From NCBI GenBank assembly GCA_039939375.1, contig JBDVJO010000005.1, forward strand, positions 55,715 to 119,714: a DNA stretch of 64,000 nt, read 5' to 3'. The stretch is from Crocinitomicaceae bacterium. Its GTDB lineage: Bacteria; Bacteroidota; Bacteroidia; Flavobacteriales_D; Crocinitomicaceae. This document shows positions 19,503 through 28,556 of the stretch, in pieces (position 1 is the first letter of the stretch; every line of letters starts with the position of its first letter). The translations under genes and the position numbers were made by a program. The notes beneath the pieces are model-generated. The model saw nothing but the letters and a program-made list of their open reading frames with translations, searched no databases and was not told where the DNA came from.

Positions 19503-20366
19503 TTACTCGGCAAAAATTTCAAATTCAATTCTGCGGTTCTTTTTTCTTCCTGCTTCTGTTGAATTTGTAGCGATTGGCCTTGATTCTCCGAAGCCATGAT
19601 GATGAAGACGAGATTCTTGTATTCCTAATTTTTCTAAATAGTCTTTCACCGTTAAAGCCCGCTCTAATGAAAGAATCAAATTATACTGATCTAAGCCTAT
19701 GTTACCGGTATGTCCAAGAATGTTGATTTTTATATTGGGGTATTCATTCAGCACATCCCTAAGTTCTTTTAATAAGGGTCGCGCTTCAGGTAACAAATGA
19801 GTTTTATCAGCATCAAAGGTAACTTTTGGTAAAATAACCTTCAGCCCCAAAACCGACTCTTCTTGTCTCAATTTTTGACGGAACTCTTTAAAAGTAATAT
19901 AGTCTAAGCTTTGAGGTGTTCTTTTACTGAATTCCTTTGCTGATCTGTGTAAATATATTTCTCCCGGTCCGCAATCTTTTGATGAAGACCAAACGCCTCT
20001 TAAGGTTTCGGTAGAATCTTCCCAGTGATAGATAAAACTCATTCTTTTCAGACACCAGTTAATGAAAATACCTTTACCCATGTTAGACTCTTCCCATGCG
20101 TTTTCGACAATGTCTAAATGTTTGTTTTTAAAAGTGCCTTTGAAATGCATGACCGAGAAGTTTTTAGTATTCCCCATTTCAATTCTGGATAGCCCTGTAA
20201 TGGTATCTCCTTCCTGTTCTATGTTCAACCAAAATGCAAAATTGTCAGAAAAACCTGAAGTATCATTTGGGTGAGTGAGCACTCCTTGCCAGTTTCCCGT
20301 TACATTTTGTGCAATAGAAGCTGCACCAGCAAATGTTATGGATAGAAGTAAAAAAAACTTATTCAT
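19503..20366 (-). CDS. OmpA-family protein (an N-terminal domain of unknown function plus a C-terminal OmpA-like peptidoglycan-binding domain)
   Basis: 287 aa. Signal peptide. C-terminal ...NILGHTGNIGLDQYNLILSLERALTVKDYLEKLGI...NRRIEFEIF. Confidence 0.75.
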   Translation of the reverse strand: MNKFFLLLSITFAGAASIAQNVTGNWQGVLTHPNDTSGFSDNFAFWLNIEQEGDTITGLSRIEMGNTKNFSVMHFKGTFKNKHLDIVENAWEESNMGKGIFINWCLKRMSFIYHWEDSTETLRGVWSSSKDCGPGEIYLHRSAKEFSKRTPQSLDYITFKEFRQKLRQEESVLGLKVILPKVTFDADKTHLLPEARPLLKELRDVLNEYPNIKINILGHTGNIGLDQYNLILSLERALTVKDYLEKLGIQESRLHHHGFGESRPIATNSTEAGRKKNRRIEFEIFAE

Positions 20367-20467
20367 ATTCTCAATATCTTTCGCTTAGTTTAATAACAAT
20401 CAATAAATCTTATGCAAAATTTCTGCCAGACTCTAGTAGAAGACCCTTCACGTCTCTTCTACGTCTA

Positions 20468-21025
20468 TCACTGTTCTCTGATAACTTTGAATTCTGGACT
20501 CACGGCTAAAACTTTCTCTTCATTATTTAACTCTGTCACTATATGGTAGTATGCTTTTTCTCCTTTTATTGATTTACGAACATCCTCATAAAAGGCTAAT
20601 TCATCTTCAGCAACTTGTTTTACGGAATCCGCGAACGCTAAATTAGATTCTTCTTGAATAATTATATTTTTCCAGTCTTCAATATTTTGCTCCGCGAAGG
20701 GAATTAGCATATCGAAAGTAATTTCTTTAATTTCACTTTCCGCTCTTTCTAACTTAGCTTTAGCTGAATCAAGTCTCACCAAAGTTCCTTCTTTTGATTC
20801 ACTCATATCTTCACTTAAACTTTCATAAACCAGTTGTAAAGAATCTAATTCATGTACAAATATGGTATCTATTACTTCAATACTTTCTAAAGAGTCAACT
20901 TTAAAATAATCAGCAACACAAGTTTCAATTTGCTCTTCAAAACTAGGAGTTGCTTCTGAACAACTCTGCAACACTAATACCGCTAATACTAAGCCAGCTA
21001 TAAAGCTTTCATAAATCGAATTCAT
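20468..21025 (-). CDS. Hypothetical lipoprotein (acidic, coiled-coil-like)
   Basis: 185 aa. Signal peptide ending at a LQSC lipobox. Confidence 0.45.
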   Translation of the reverse strand: MNSIYESFIAGLVLAVLVLQSCSEATPSFEEQIETCVADYFKVDSLESIEVIDTIFVHELDSLQLVYESLSEDMSESKEGTLVRLDSAKAKLERAESEIKEITFDMLIPFAEQNIEDWKNIIIQEESNLAFADSVKQVAEDELAFYEDVRKSIKGEKAYYHIVTELNNEEKVLAVSPEFKVIREQ

Positions 21026-21153
21026 ATTTTTTTTCGCAAGATAATGAAGTAAATTTAGTTTACATAACGTATTTAAATACTTTAGAAAAAGAATTAATTT
21101 AAAACAATAGCGCTACATTTTAAGAGGTTAATTTCTTTTTAACTTAGCAGAAA

Positions 21154-22995
21154 ATGCAAACATCCACAAAAGAACATTTTCAAAATTTGCTAAAAGCTTT
21201 ACAAATTGAGAAGCAAGAGGAACTGGATGATTACAAATTGTTGACAGATACCAATGATTTTTCAAAACGAATTGAGGAGGGCATTACCTTATATCCAATT
21301 GAGTTTACCGAATTAAAATTTAATGATTTTGGCGATCAATTAATTGAAGTCAAAACCAACCCGAATCAAGAAGGTAGTAGTTTTAAAAGCGGAAAAATCG
21401 TTGAGGTTTTCAACTCGGATGGAGCCTCAGTGCAAGGTCAAATCACCTTTTACAGAGACAATGTCATCATTATTAAATGTGGTGATGAAGAGATTGAAGA
21501 TTGGATAAAAAAAGGTAAAGTTGGGCTCAACGCTCTTGTTGACACCAAAACTTATGACGCATTTGAACAGGCCATTAGAACAATTCTAGATTCTGAAAAA
21601 GACAATCTCCCTGTTCGGTTTTATGAGTCAAGCAAATCGTTTCAAGCCGACCCAAGCTATCAATCAGAAAGTTTAAATGATGCTCAAAACAAGGCGGTTA
21701 ATGAACTATTATCCGACAATGAAGTGAGTATAATTCACGGCCCTCCAGGTACAGGTAAAACAACAACTTTAGTCGCCGGTATTAAAAAGCTGACTCAAAA
21801 TGGAAAAAGTGTGCTCGTTTGTGCACCTTCAAATGCCGCCGTTGACAACATATCCATTCAATTGTTGAACGATAAAGTGAATGTGGTAAGAATTGGGAAC
21901 GAGAATAAAATTGACGTGAAAGTAAAACCTGCTTATCTCGAAACTAAAATTAAAAATGACAGCTCTTTCAAATTTCTACAGCAACTCAAAAATCAATCTG
22001 ACGACCTCCGAAAAAAGGCGTTTAAATACAAGCGGAATTTTGGCAAAGAAGAATACCAAGAGCGAAAAGCATTAAAGCAAGAGCTAAAATCATTACGCTC
22101 CGATATCCGCACCATTCAAAAAGATATCTCTAAAAACATTTTAGAAAAAGCAGAAGTAATTTGCGGCACCTTTTTTTCAATTCAACAGTTCAATTTGCCT
22201 CAAGACAGTTACGATTATTTAATAATTGATGAAGCAGGACAAGCCATTGAACCAGCAATTTGGAGTGTCGCTCATTTAGGAGATAAAATGGTTTTGGCAG
22301 GTGATGATTTACAACTTCCGCCAACAGTGAAATCCAGAACTGCCGAAAAAATGGGTCTCGCAAAATCTGTTTTAGAAAGAGCAGCTGAAATTGATAAACC
22401 AAGAACGCTATTAAATGTGCAGTACCGGATGAATGACACAATCATGGCTTTTTCTAATTCGCAATTTTATCAAAATCAGCTAATTGCTCATGAGTCAGTC
22501 GCCCATCAGAAAATTGAAAACAACGATTTTGAAGCAGTTGAATTCATTGATACAGCTGGCTGCGGATACGAAGAGATTAAAGAGCCAAATGGAGGTGGGA
22601 TATCAAATCCCGGTGAAGTAGGCGTAATAGAGAAGGTGCTACAAGAACTGCAAATTCAAACTGTCAATCAATCAGTCGGAATTATCACTCCCTACAGAAG
22701 TCAGCTAAACGAAATTCATCATAATATAGAAAACATAGATTGCAATACTGTCGACAGTTTTCAAGGTCAGGAACGAGATATCATCATCATCTCATTAGTG
22801 CGTTCTAATGAAAATGGTGAAATTGGATTTTTATCTGATTACAGGAGGATGAACGTGGCCATGACAAGAGCTAAAAAGAAATTAATCGTCATTGGTGATT
22901 CGGCTACCTTAGGTCAAGATAAATTTTACAACGATTTCTTAGATTTTGTTGAACAAAAAGGAAGTTATAGAACCGCTTGGGAATTTGCTACATGA
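21154..22995 (+). CDS. Superfamily-1 helicase of the Upf1/DNA2/IGHMBP2-like type (AAA_11/AAA_12)
   Basis: 613 aa. Walker A IHGPPGTGKTTT. DEAGQ (motif II). TVDSFQGQERDIIIISLVRSN (motif V/VI region), which is characteristic of this helicase family. Confidence 0.8.
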   Translation: MQTSTKEHFQNLLKALQIEKQEELDDYKLLTDTNDFSKRIEEGITLYPIEFTELKFNDFGDQLIEVKTNPNQEGSSFKSGKIVEVFNSDGASVQGQITFYRDNVIIIKCGDEEIEDWIKKGKVGLNALVDTKTYDAFEQAIRTILDSEKDNLPVRFYESSKSFQADPSYQSESLNDAQNKAVNELLSDNEVSIIHGPPGTGKTTTLVAGIKKLTQNGKSVLVCAPSNAAVDNISIQLLNDKVNVVRIGNENKIDVKVKPAYLETKIKNDSSFKFLQQLKNQSDDLRKKAFKYKRNFGKEEYQERKALKQELKSLRSDIRTIQKDISKNILEKAEVICGTFFSIQQFNLPQDSYDYLIIDEAGQAIEPAIWSVAHLGDKMVLAGDDLQLPPTVKSRTAEKMGLAKSVLERAAEIDKPRTLLNVQYRMNDTIMAFSNSQFYQNQLIAHESVAHQKIENNDFEAVEFIDTAGCGYEEIKEPNGGGISNPGEVGVIEKVLQELQIQTVNQSVGIITPYRSQLNEIHHNIENIDCNTVDSFQGQERDIIIISLVRSNENGEIGFLSDYRRMNVAMTRAKKKLIVIGDSATLGQDKFYNDFLDFVEQKGSYRTAWEFAT

Positions 22996-23579
22996 AAACA
23001 CTAGATGAAATAAAAGGCTTGGATATTTATCTTTTAGATCAATTCTTGAAGGATAAAATTGCCAAAAACAGTAAAATTTTAGATGCCGGATGTGGCAGTG
23101 GTCGCAACATTTATTGGTTGCTTTTAAACAGCTATGATGTTTCTGCCTTTGATATAAATCCAGATCCAATTATCCCTCTAAAAAGCAGGTTTCCTGAATT
23201 AAAATTTCAGACGGGGCGCCTTGAAGACCAACCTTTTAATGATCAAAAATTCGACTTCATCATTTGTAATGCCGTGTTGCATTTTGCCAATGACCACACC
23301 CATTTTCATCAAATGTTTGAGGCACTATGTAATTCTTTAGCTCATCACGGAATCTTATTTATCAGGATGACTTCAAATATTGGCCTAGAAAACAAAATTG
23401 AATTGGAAGAAAATGGAAGATGCCAATTGCCTGACTTATCCGAACGCTACGTTATTACAAGAAAACAAATAGATGATTTGTGCAGCTATCATGGGCTTCA
23501 GCTAATTGAACCAGTTAAAACAGTAAAAGTTGAAGAACTGCGATCAATGACTACGATTGTACTCCAAAAAGCAGATTAA
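22977..23579 (+). CDS. Class I SAM-dependent methyltransferase (small-molecule type; no DNA-methyltransferase motifs). Overlaps the helicase gene by 19 nt
   Basis: 200 aa. Motif I ILDAGCGSGRN. No DPPY/NPPY motif. Confidence 0.7.
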   Translation: MGICYMKTLDEIKGLDIYLLDQFLKDKIAKNSKILDAGCGSGRNIYWLLLNSYDVSAFDINPDPIIPLKSRFPELKFQTGRLEDQPFNDQKFDFIICNAVLHFANDHTHFHQMFEALCNSLAHHGILFIRMTSNIGLENKIELEENGRCQLPDLSERYVITRKQIDDLCSYHGLQLIEPVKTVKVEELRSMTTIVLQKAD

Positions 23580-24709
23580 GGGATTAAATAATCTATCGTC
23601 ACTGTTTTAGAACCAGCTTGTTCAGCAGAGACGGTTAATGGCGAATCAAAAGAACTGTTCATATAGTCTCCAGATGAAAAATTGTTGTCTCCATTTTCGT
23701 CATAAATACAATTGACAAAATACGAACCAGGATGCATATAATTAAAATTGTATCCGCATAAAGTTTCAGCATTAACTAAGACGTATCGTGAACGATAATC
23801 CAGATTTCCCGGTTGAAAAATCATTCCTGGAAAGAGTGCTTCAGTGGTAATAATTACCAATACTTTTTTAGCATTATTTACTGTTGAGGGATTCGTAATG
23901 TTCACGGTTAAATCACAACTTCCTAAATAAGGTTGATCTGCCTCAGGATAAGGGTCTCCAACGTTTCCATAATAAACGGCTTCAGTTTGCCCGTCAAAAG
24001 TGCTTGAAAAATCTTTGACTTCTTGTTTTTGCGGATAATTGAAATTAGCAATTGCCCCTTGAACTGAAGTTAAGTCTCTTAGATCAGCGGTCCATTTCAT
24101 ATGAGAAACTGGGTCTGACAAGGTATTGTAATCATTCGTGAAGGTATGCATGATCAAACTATCATCTTTAAATGTCACTTCAGTGTGTACTCTCGTTTCA
24201 CCTCCTGCTGGATCCGAAAATCTGTAATAATTAAACGAAGAATTTTCAACAACGCTATCAATAACCATGTAAGATGTTCTAACTGAACCTGCAAACCCTC
24301 CACCATTCCTCATCACAGTTTTATAACTAACACCAATTTTCGCTACAAAGAAACTCATGAAAATGTCGTTGACAGAATCCAATTCATTTTTAGCCGATAT
24401 TTGTGCAGCAGAGATGGGTCTAAAGTCAACTATCCATTCAGGATACCCACCCAATGCTGTAGAACTGCTTACTGGTCCGTTCCAAATCCCGGGAAGCTGA
24501 TCCATAATTCCGTAACCCATCACTTCTGTTCCAGGTCCAATTGGTGGATCAACGACTATTCCTCCAGAATCAATTAAAAACTCGCAGGTTCCATCATCTT
24601 TTTTGGCATCTGGATTATAATTGCTAGCTGTCTCATCTGTACAGCCTTTTGTTTTACATGATCCTAAGCCAAATGAAACTATTAATAGAGAAATCAATAA
24701 ATACTTCAT
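23576..24709 (-). CDS. Hypothetical lipoprotein
   Basis: 377 aa. Signal peptide MKYLLISLLIVSFGLGSC (lipobox). Confidence 0.5.
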   Translation of the reverse strand: MKYLLISLLIVSFGLGSCKTKGCTDETASNYNPDAKKDDGTCEFLIDSGGIVVDPPIGPGTEVMGYGIMDQLPGIWNGPVSSSTALGGYPEWIVDFRPISAAQISAKNELDSVNDIFMSFFVAKIGVSYKTVMRNGGGFAGSVRTSYMVIDSVVENSSFNYYRFSDPAGGETRVHTEVTFKDDSLIMHTFTNDYNTLSDPVSHMKWTADLRDLTSVQGAIANFNYPQKQEVKDFSSTFDGQTEAVYYGNVGDPYPEADQPYLGSCDLTVNITNPSTVNNAKKVLVIITTEALFPGMIFQPGNLDYRSRYVLVNAETLCGYNFNYMHPGSYFVNCIYDENGDNNFSSGDYMNSSFDSPLTVSAEQAGSKTVTIDYLIP

Positions 24710-24719
24710 TCTGATAAAG

Positions 24720-25808
24720 TTATGAATTTATTGCTACTGAAAGCATCCGTTGAAAATGATGTACACCTTGTTCCCGTGTTGGTGAAAACCGACCTCGTTG
24801 ATAAAAATGTGATGAAATTCCTTTTTGAACTCCTTCTACCACAAATTCATCTTCACGCTCAACTTTATCGAGCAAAGCTCCTGCTCCCACTTCTAATTTT
24901 TCATGATCATAAACATAAGAGATGAACTTCACCTTGGTTTTATTCATGGCAATAGGTTGAACTACATTAATGGACAAGCCCCAGGGGTAAAAATTGAACA
25001 TCATATTCGGATAAACCCAGTAATAATAGGCCGCCACTTTTTTTCCTTCATCTGGATGTCCAGCCGGAAAATCAAAACACTCAACGCCGTCATCAGCATA
25101 TCCAATTTGAAGTGACATGTGATCATATAATTCAGTCTTGTACGTTCCATAATCTAAAGTGGCATTCAAATCAGGATGAACAAACGGAATGTGGAATCCT
25201 TCTAGATAATTATCACAGTATAAGGCCCAGTTGGCGTTCACCAAATAATCGCGAGATAAGGCAGAATCTAATTTAAAGTGCTCTAAAGGCAAATGTCCAA
25301 CCCGTTCTTTCATCTTTGCAATGACTTCTGAAAATTCAAAACTGGGATTTAATCCTGTAAAGATGAATTGACCCCATCTTTCGACAGGAAAATTTTTCAA
25401 ACCTTCGCAAGCCCTTGGAAAATTTTCAGCCTCAGAAAACTCTGGCATGTGTTCAAAATCTCCCTCCAATGAAAATCGGCGACCATGATACATGCAACTC
25501 AAACCTCTTTGCTTACCAGCTTGTTGAACAACAATATTCCCTCTATGCGTGCAAACATTTGATAGGCACCTGATCGATCCATCTGCTTGTTTCACCAAAG
25601 CTAAAGGTTCATTTATAAAGTGTTCTAAATACGAAAACGGATGCGCGTACTTTTCAAATGGAAGCAAAGAATCATCCCCAACAAACTGCCAAGAATTCAT
25701 GAAAACAGTGGCTTTAACTTTTTCAAATACCGTCTGATCTCGATAAAAATCTGCTGGCAAGGTCTCCGCCTTTTTAATATCTGGGTCTATGTAAAATTTG
25801 TTGCTCAT
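24720..25808 (-). CDS. Rieske [2Fe-2S] non-heme iron oxygenase, alpha-subunit-like
   Basis: 362 aa. CTHRG...(17)...CMYHGRRF Rieske CXH/CXXH motifs, plus a downstream His-rich catalytic region. Confidence 0.75.
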   Translation of the reverse strand: MSNKFYIDPDIKKAETLPADFYRDQTVFEKVKATVFMNSWQFVGDDSLLPFEKYAHPFSYLEHFINEPLALVKQADGSIRCLSNVCTHRGNIVVQQAGKQRGLSCMYHGRRFSLEGDFEHMPEFSEAENFPRACEGLKNFPVERWGQFIFTGLNPSFEFSEVIAKMKERVGHLPLEHFKLDSALSRDYLVNANWALYCDNYLEGFHIPFVHPDLNATLDYGTYKTELYDHMSLQIGYADDGVECFDFPAGHPDEGKKVAAYYYWVYPNMMFNFYPWGLSINVVQPIAMNKTKVKFISYVYDHEKLEVGAGALLDKVEREDEFVVEGVQKGISSHFYQRGRFSPTREQGVHHFQRMLSVAINS

Positions 25809-25906
25809 TAAGTAAATCTAATTAATTCCATTTTTGTAAAACAAATTTTCGAATTAAATATTCAACCTCTTAGGGGATTACAAAGGATGATTTGTAAATT
25901 CACATT

Positions 25907-27079
25907 ATGATATCTGTTGAAGAAGCACTCAAATTGGTTCAAGCCAACATTCCAAAAGGGACAACCACGTCTGTCTTAGTTTCTAAGGCGCTAGGATATA
26001 CCTTAGCTCAGGATATTATTTCGCCTATTGATATGCCTCCATTCCCACAGTCAGCTATGGATGGCTATGCTGTGAATTTTGATGAAAGCATTGAAGAATA
26101 TGCCCTTATCGGAGAAGTTGCGGCTGGGTCCGATCAACAATTTGAACTAGGAAAAGGCGAAGCGGTCAGAATTTTTACCGGAGCAGCCGTTCCTGATTCT
26201 GCAAATACAGTTGTGAGACAAGAAGATGTCATGAATAAAGAACGTAATATTAGCTTTACAACTGAAATAAAATTGAACGCAAACATCCGTCCACAGGCCG
26301 AGCAAATCAAAACAGGTGAAAAAGCTTTATCCGAAGGTACGTATATAGACCCGGCAACACTCGGATATCTTGCTACACTTGGAATTACACAAATTGAAGT
26401 TTACCAACAACCAAAAGTAGCCATCTTAACTACGGGAGATGAATTGGTAAAACCCGGTCAAGAATTGCAATACGGACAAGTGTATGAAAGTAATTCAGCC
26501 ATGCTTGATGCAGCCTTCAAATCCAAAGGAATATCCAATATCACACACCTCAAAATTCAAGATGACTATTCAGCAACAGTAGTTGCGATTAAAAGCGTCA
26601 TTGAAAGTAATGATTTTATAATTCTATCAGGCGGAATATCTGTTGGAGATTATGATTTCGTAGGCAAAGCCTTGCAAGAATTAGAAGTTGAACAAGTCTT
26701 TTACAAAGTAAAACAAAAGCCAGGCAAACCGCTTTATTTTGGGAAAAAAGGGAACACCATAATTTTTGCATTACCAGGAAATCCTGCTGCCGCATTGACC
26801 TCTTTCTACGTCTATATCTACCCTTCCCTTCAACAATTTCAAGGTGGAAGTTTTAAAGGATGCCAACATTTGAAGTTACCATTAGCCGAAAATTACAGCA
26901 GAAAAGCGCAACGTTCAGAATTTTTAAAAGGAAAAATCATTGACGGAAAAATTAACGTTTTGAATGCACAAAGTTCTGCCATGCTCAGCTCCTTCTCTGA
27001 AGCAGACTGTCTGATTTACGTTCCAGAATCTATCACATCATATCATGAAGGTGATTTAGTTGAGTGCTTAATCTTGTGA
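25907..27079 (+). CDS. moeA: Molybdopterin molybdotransferase MoeA
   Basis: 390 aa. MoeA N-terminal/linker region plus an MoCF_biosynth domain (ILSGGISVGDYDFV...ALPGNPAAA). Confidence 0.85.
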   Translation: MISVEEALKLVQANIPKGTTTSVLVSKALGYTLAQDIISPIDMPPFPQSAMDGYAVNFDESIEEYALIGEVAAGSDQQFELGKGEAVRIFTGAAVPDSANTVVRQEDVMNKERNISFTTEIKLNANIRPQAEQIKTGEKALSEGTYIDPATLGYLATLGITQIEVYQQPKVAILTTGDELVKPGQELQYGQVYESNSAMLDAAFKSKGISNITHLKIQDDYSATVVAIKSVIESNDFIILSGGISVGDYDFVGKALQELEVEQVFYKVKQKPGKPLYFGKKGNTIIFALPGNPAAALTSFYVYIYPSLQQFQGGSFKGCQHLKLPLAENYSRKAQRSEFLKGKIIDGKINVLNAQSSAMLSSFSEADCLIYVPESITSYHEGDLVECLIL

Positions 27080-27114
27080 TTAAAAGTAGACTTCGAGACT
27101 TGTTTCTGTGAAAC

Positions 27115-27150
27115 AACCTCAGCCTTCTTTTAATAGAGTTAAATCGGGCC
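27115..27150. repeat. 5' module (AACCTCAGCCYTCTTTTAA..AGAGTTAAATCGG) of the moa-associated repeat, copy A. In copy A it is separated from the core by the insertion at 27148-27360
   Basis: Matches 28310-28345 of copy B. Confidence 0.6.
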
Positions 27151-27360
27151 TTGTAAAGCAGGATCACTCTCCTCTAATTAAGTACGTATAAATAATTCTT
27201 TCACTCATGCGTGATAAAAAAGAAATCACCAAATTCTTCCCCCTTTCGCTTGCGCTGTAGCTACAGCGAAGGAGCATGTAGGGGGACTGAGGGGGAGGAT
27301 CAGTATCTTTTACTCAAATACGTATGCATAATTCTTTCGCTCATGTTAAACTAGAATCGG
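27148..27360. mobile_element. 213-bp MITE-like insertion that splits repeat copy A. It is flanked by a 6-bp direct repeat AATCGG (27142-27147 and 27355-27360) and contains two 33-bp internal direct repeats plus a GC-rich palindromic core
   Basis: Copy B reads TTAAATCGG|ACCATTG uninterrupted. Copy A reads TTAAATCGG[GCC...213 bp...AATCGG]ACCATTG. Internal direct repeats sit at about 27168-27205 and 27310-27348 (..ACGTAT[A/G][A/C]ATAATTCTTTC[A/G]CTCATG..). The palindrome CGCTGTAGCTACAGCG is at 27252-27267, flanked by C5/G5 runs. Confidence 0.5.
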
Positions 27361-27548
27361 ACCATTGAAAAGGAGGTGTAGAATTGTCAAATAAGAATTT
27401 CAAAGGAGCGTCCGATTTTTCGAACCCAGGATACAAGACGCTTTCGAAAAATATTGAGCGGTTGAAATTAGTTTTGTCGCAATTCAAACAAGTTTTCGCG
27501 GGTCCTAGACTTTTTTGCTTACTTTTTTTGGCAATGAAAAAAAGTAAG
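27358..27548. repeat. Copy A of a 191-nt dispersed repeat core lying upstream of Moco genes. It ends in a 12-bp A/T hairpin (CTTACTTTTTTT-ggcaatg-AAAAAAAGTAAG)
   Basis: About 95% identical to 28340-28530. Begins with CGGACCATTGAAAAGGAGGTGTAGAATTG. Confidence 0.8.
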
Positions 27549-27644
27549 ACTCTCAATAAAACTTAAAAAAATTAACTCTTTAGAGGGTCAACATCTCCTA
27601 TCACTCACTTTCATCTCAGTTGTCAAGTTTTTTCTAACAGCAAA

Positions 27645-27678
27645 ATCCTCCCCCTTAATCCCCCTCCAAAGGGGGAAT
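27645..27678. repeat. 34-nt C5/G5 hairpin motif ATCCTCCCCCTTAATCCCCCTCCAAAGGGGGAAT, 28 bp upstream of moaE. A second copy lies at 49902-49935
   Basis: Exact 34/34 match between the two sites. Two C5 tracts could pair alternatively with the single G5 tract. Confidence 0.75.
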
Positions 27679-27705
27679 TTTTTTATAAATTCGCTAAAAA
27701 CATCC

Positions 27706-28140
27706 ATGACTTACAAAAACGTCTTCGTAGAAGGACCTATTACACCAGAAAAAATCGCCACTTCAATCGCTCATCACCAAGTGAAAACTAACATTGGTGC
27801 TCACGATATCTTTTTAGGGCAAGTCCGGGCAGATGAAATTGACGGAAAAACGGTTCAAGCCATAGAATATTCTGCCTACAACGAAATGGCCTTGAAAACC
27901 TTTCACGATATCAGAGAATCAGCATTTGACAAATATGACCTTACGTGCATGCACATCTACCACAGCAACGGAATTGTCAAGGCAGGTGAAATTTGTTTGT
28001 TTGTATTCACCAGTTCAGCTCACCGCAAAGAAGCCATGGATGCCTGCCGTTATTTGGTTGAAGAAATCAAAGCAAAAGCACCTGTATTTGGAAAAGAACT
28101 TTTTGAAGATGACAGCCATCAGTGGAAAGTAAATAAGTAG
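27706..28140 (+). CDS. moaE: Molybdopterin synthase catalytic subunit MoaE
   Basis: 144 aa. MoaE fold signature (...HSNGIVKAGEICLFVFTSSAHRKEA...). Confidence 0.8.
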   Translation: MTYKNVFVEGPITPEKIATSIAHHQVKTNIGAHDIFLGQVRADEIDGKTVQAIEYSAYNEMALKTFHDIRESAFDKYDLTCMHIYHSNGIVKAGEICLFVFTSSAHRKEAMDACRYLVEEIKAKAPVFGKELFEDDSHQWKVNK

Positions 28141-28309
28141 GGGCTTTCCGCTCTCGGCTGAGACGAGCGGGTCAGGCTTTCGCTAGTCACTTTTTGATGT
28201 GTTCTCGATACTTTCGCTAAGCGCGAAAACTTGAACAAACCAAAAGAGTTCCAACAGACCGCTCAATCCTTAAGCCGAAAGTTGAATGAGAGAATTGTTT
28301 ATGCTAAAC

Positions 28310-28530
28310 AACCTCAGCCCTCTTTTAAGAGAATTAAATCGGACCATTGAAAAGGAGGTGTAGAATTGTCAAATAAGAATTTCAAAAGAGCGTCCGATTT
28401 TTCGATCCCAGGATTAAGGGCGTTTTCGAAAAATATTTAGCGGTTGAAATTAGTTTTGTCACAATTCGAACAAGTTTTCGCGGGTCCTAGACTTTTTTGC
28501 TTACTTTTTTTGGCAATGAAAAAAAGTAAG
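28310..28530. repeat. Copy B (uninterrupted) of the moa-associated repeat: the 5' module plus the 191-nt core (28340-28530), ending 26 bp before the moaC–mogA ATG
   Basis: Aligned by eye to 27115-27150 plus 27358-27548, with about 10 substitutions. Confidence 0.8.
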
Positions 28531-28556
28531 ATGTTGATAATAGATATATTTACACC

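Noticed and set aside
27384-27566. 60-aa ORF inside repeat copy A, preceded by a textbook Shine-Dalgarno-like AAGGAGGTG plus a TTG start
   Set aside because: In copy B the same frame is closed after 27 codons by a G-to-T change. The other inter-copy differences are all non-synonymous (G>R, N>I, Y>L, K>R, T>A, L>F). Bacteroidetes do not normally use Shine-Dalgarno sequences. The element behaves as a non-coding repeat.
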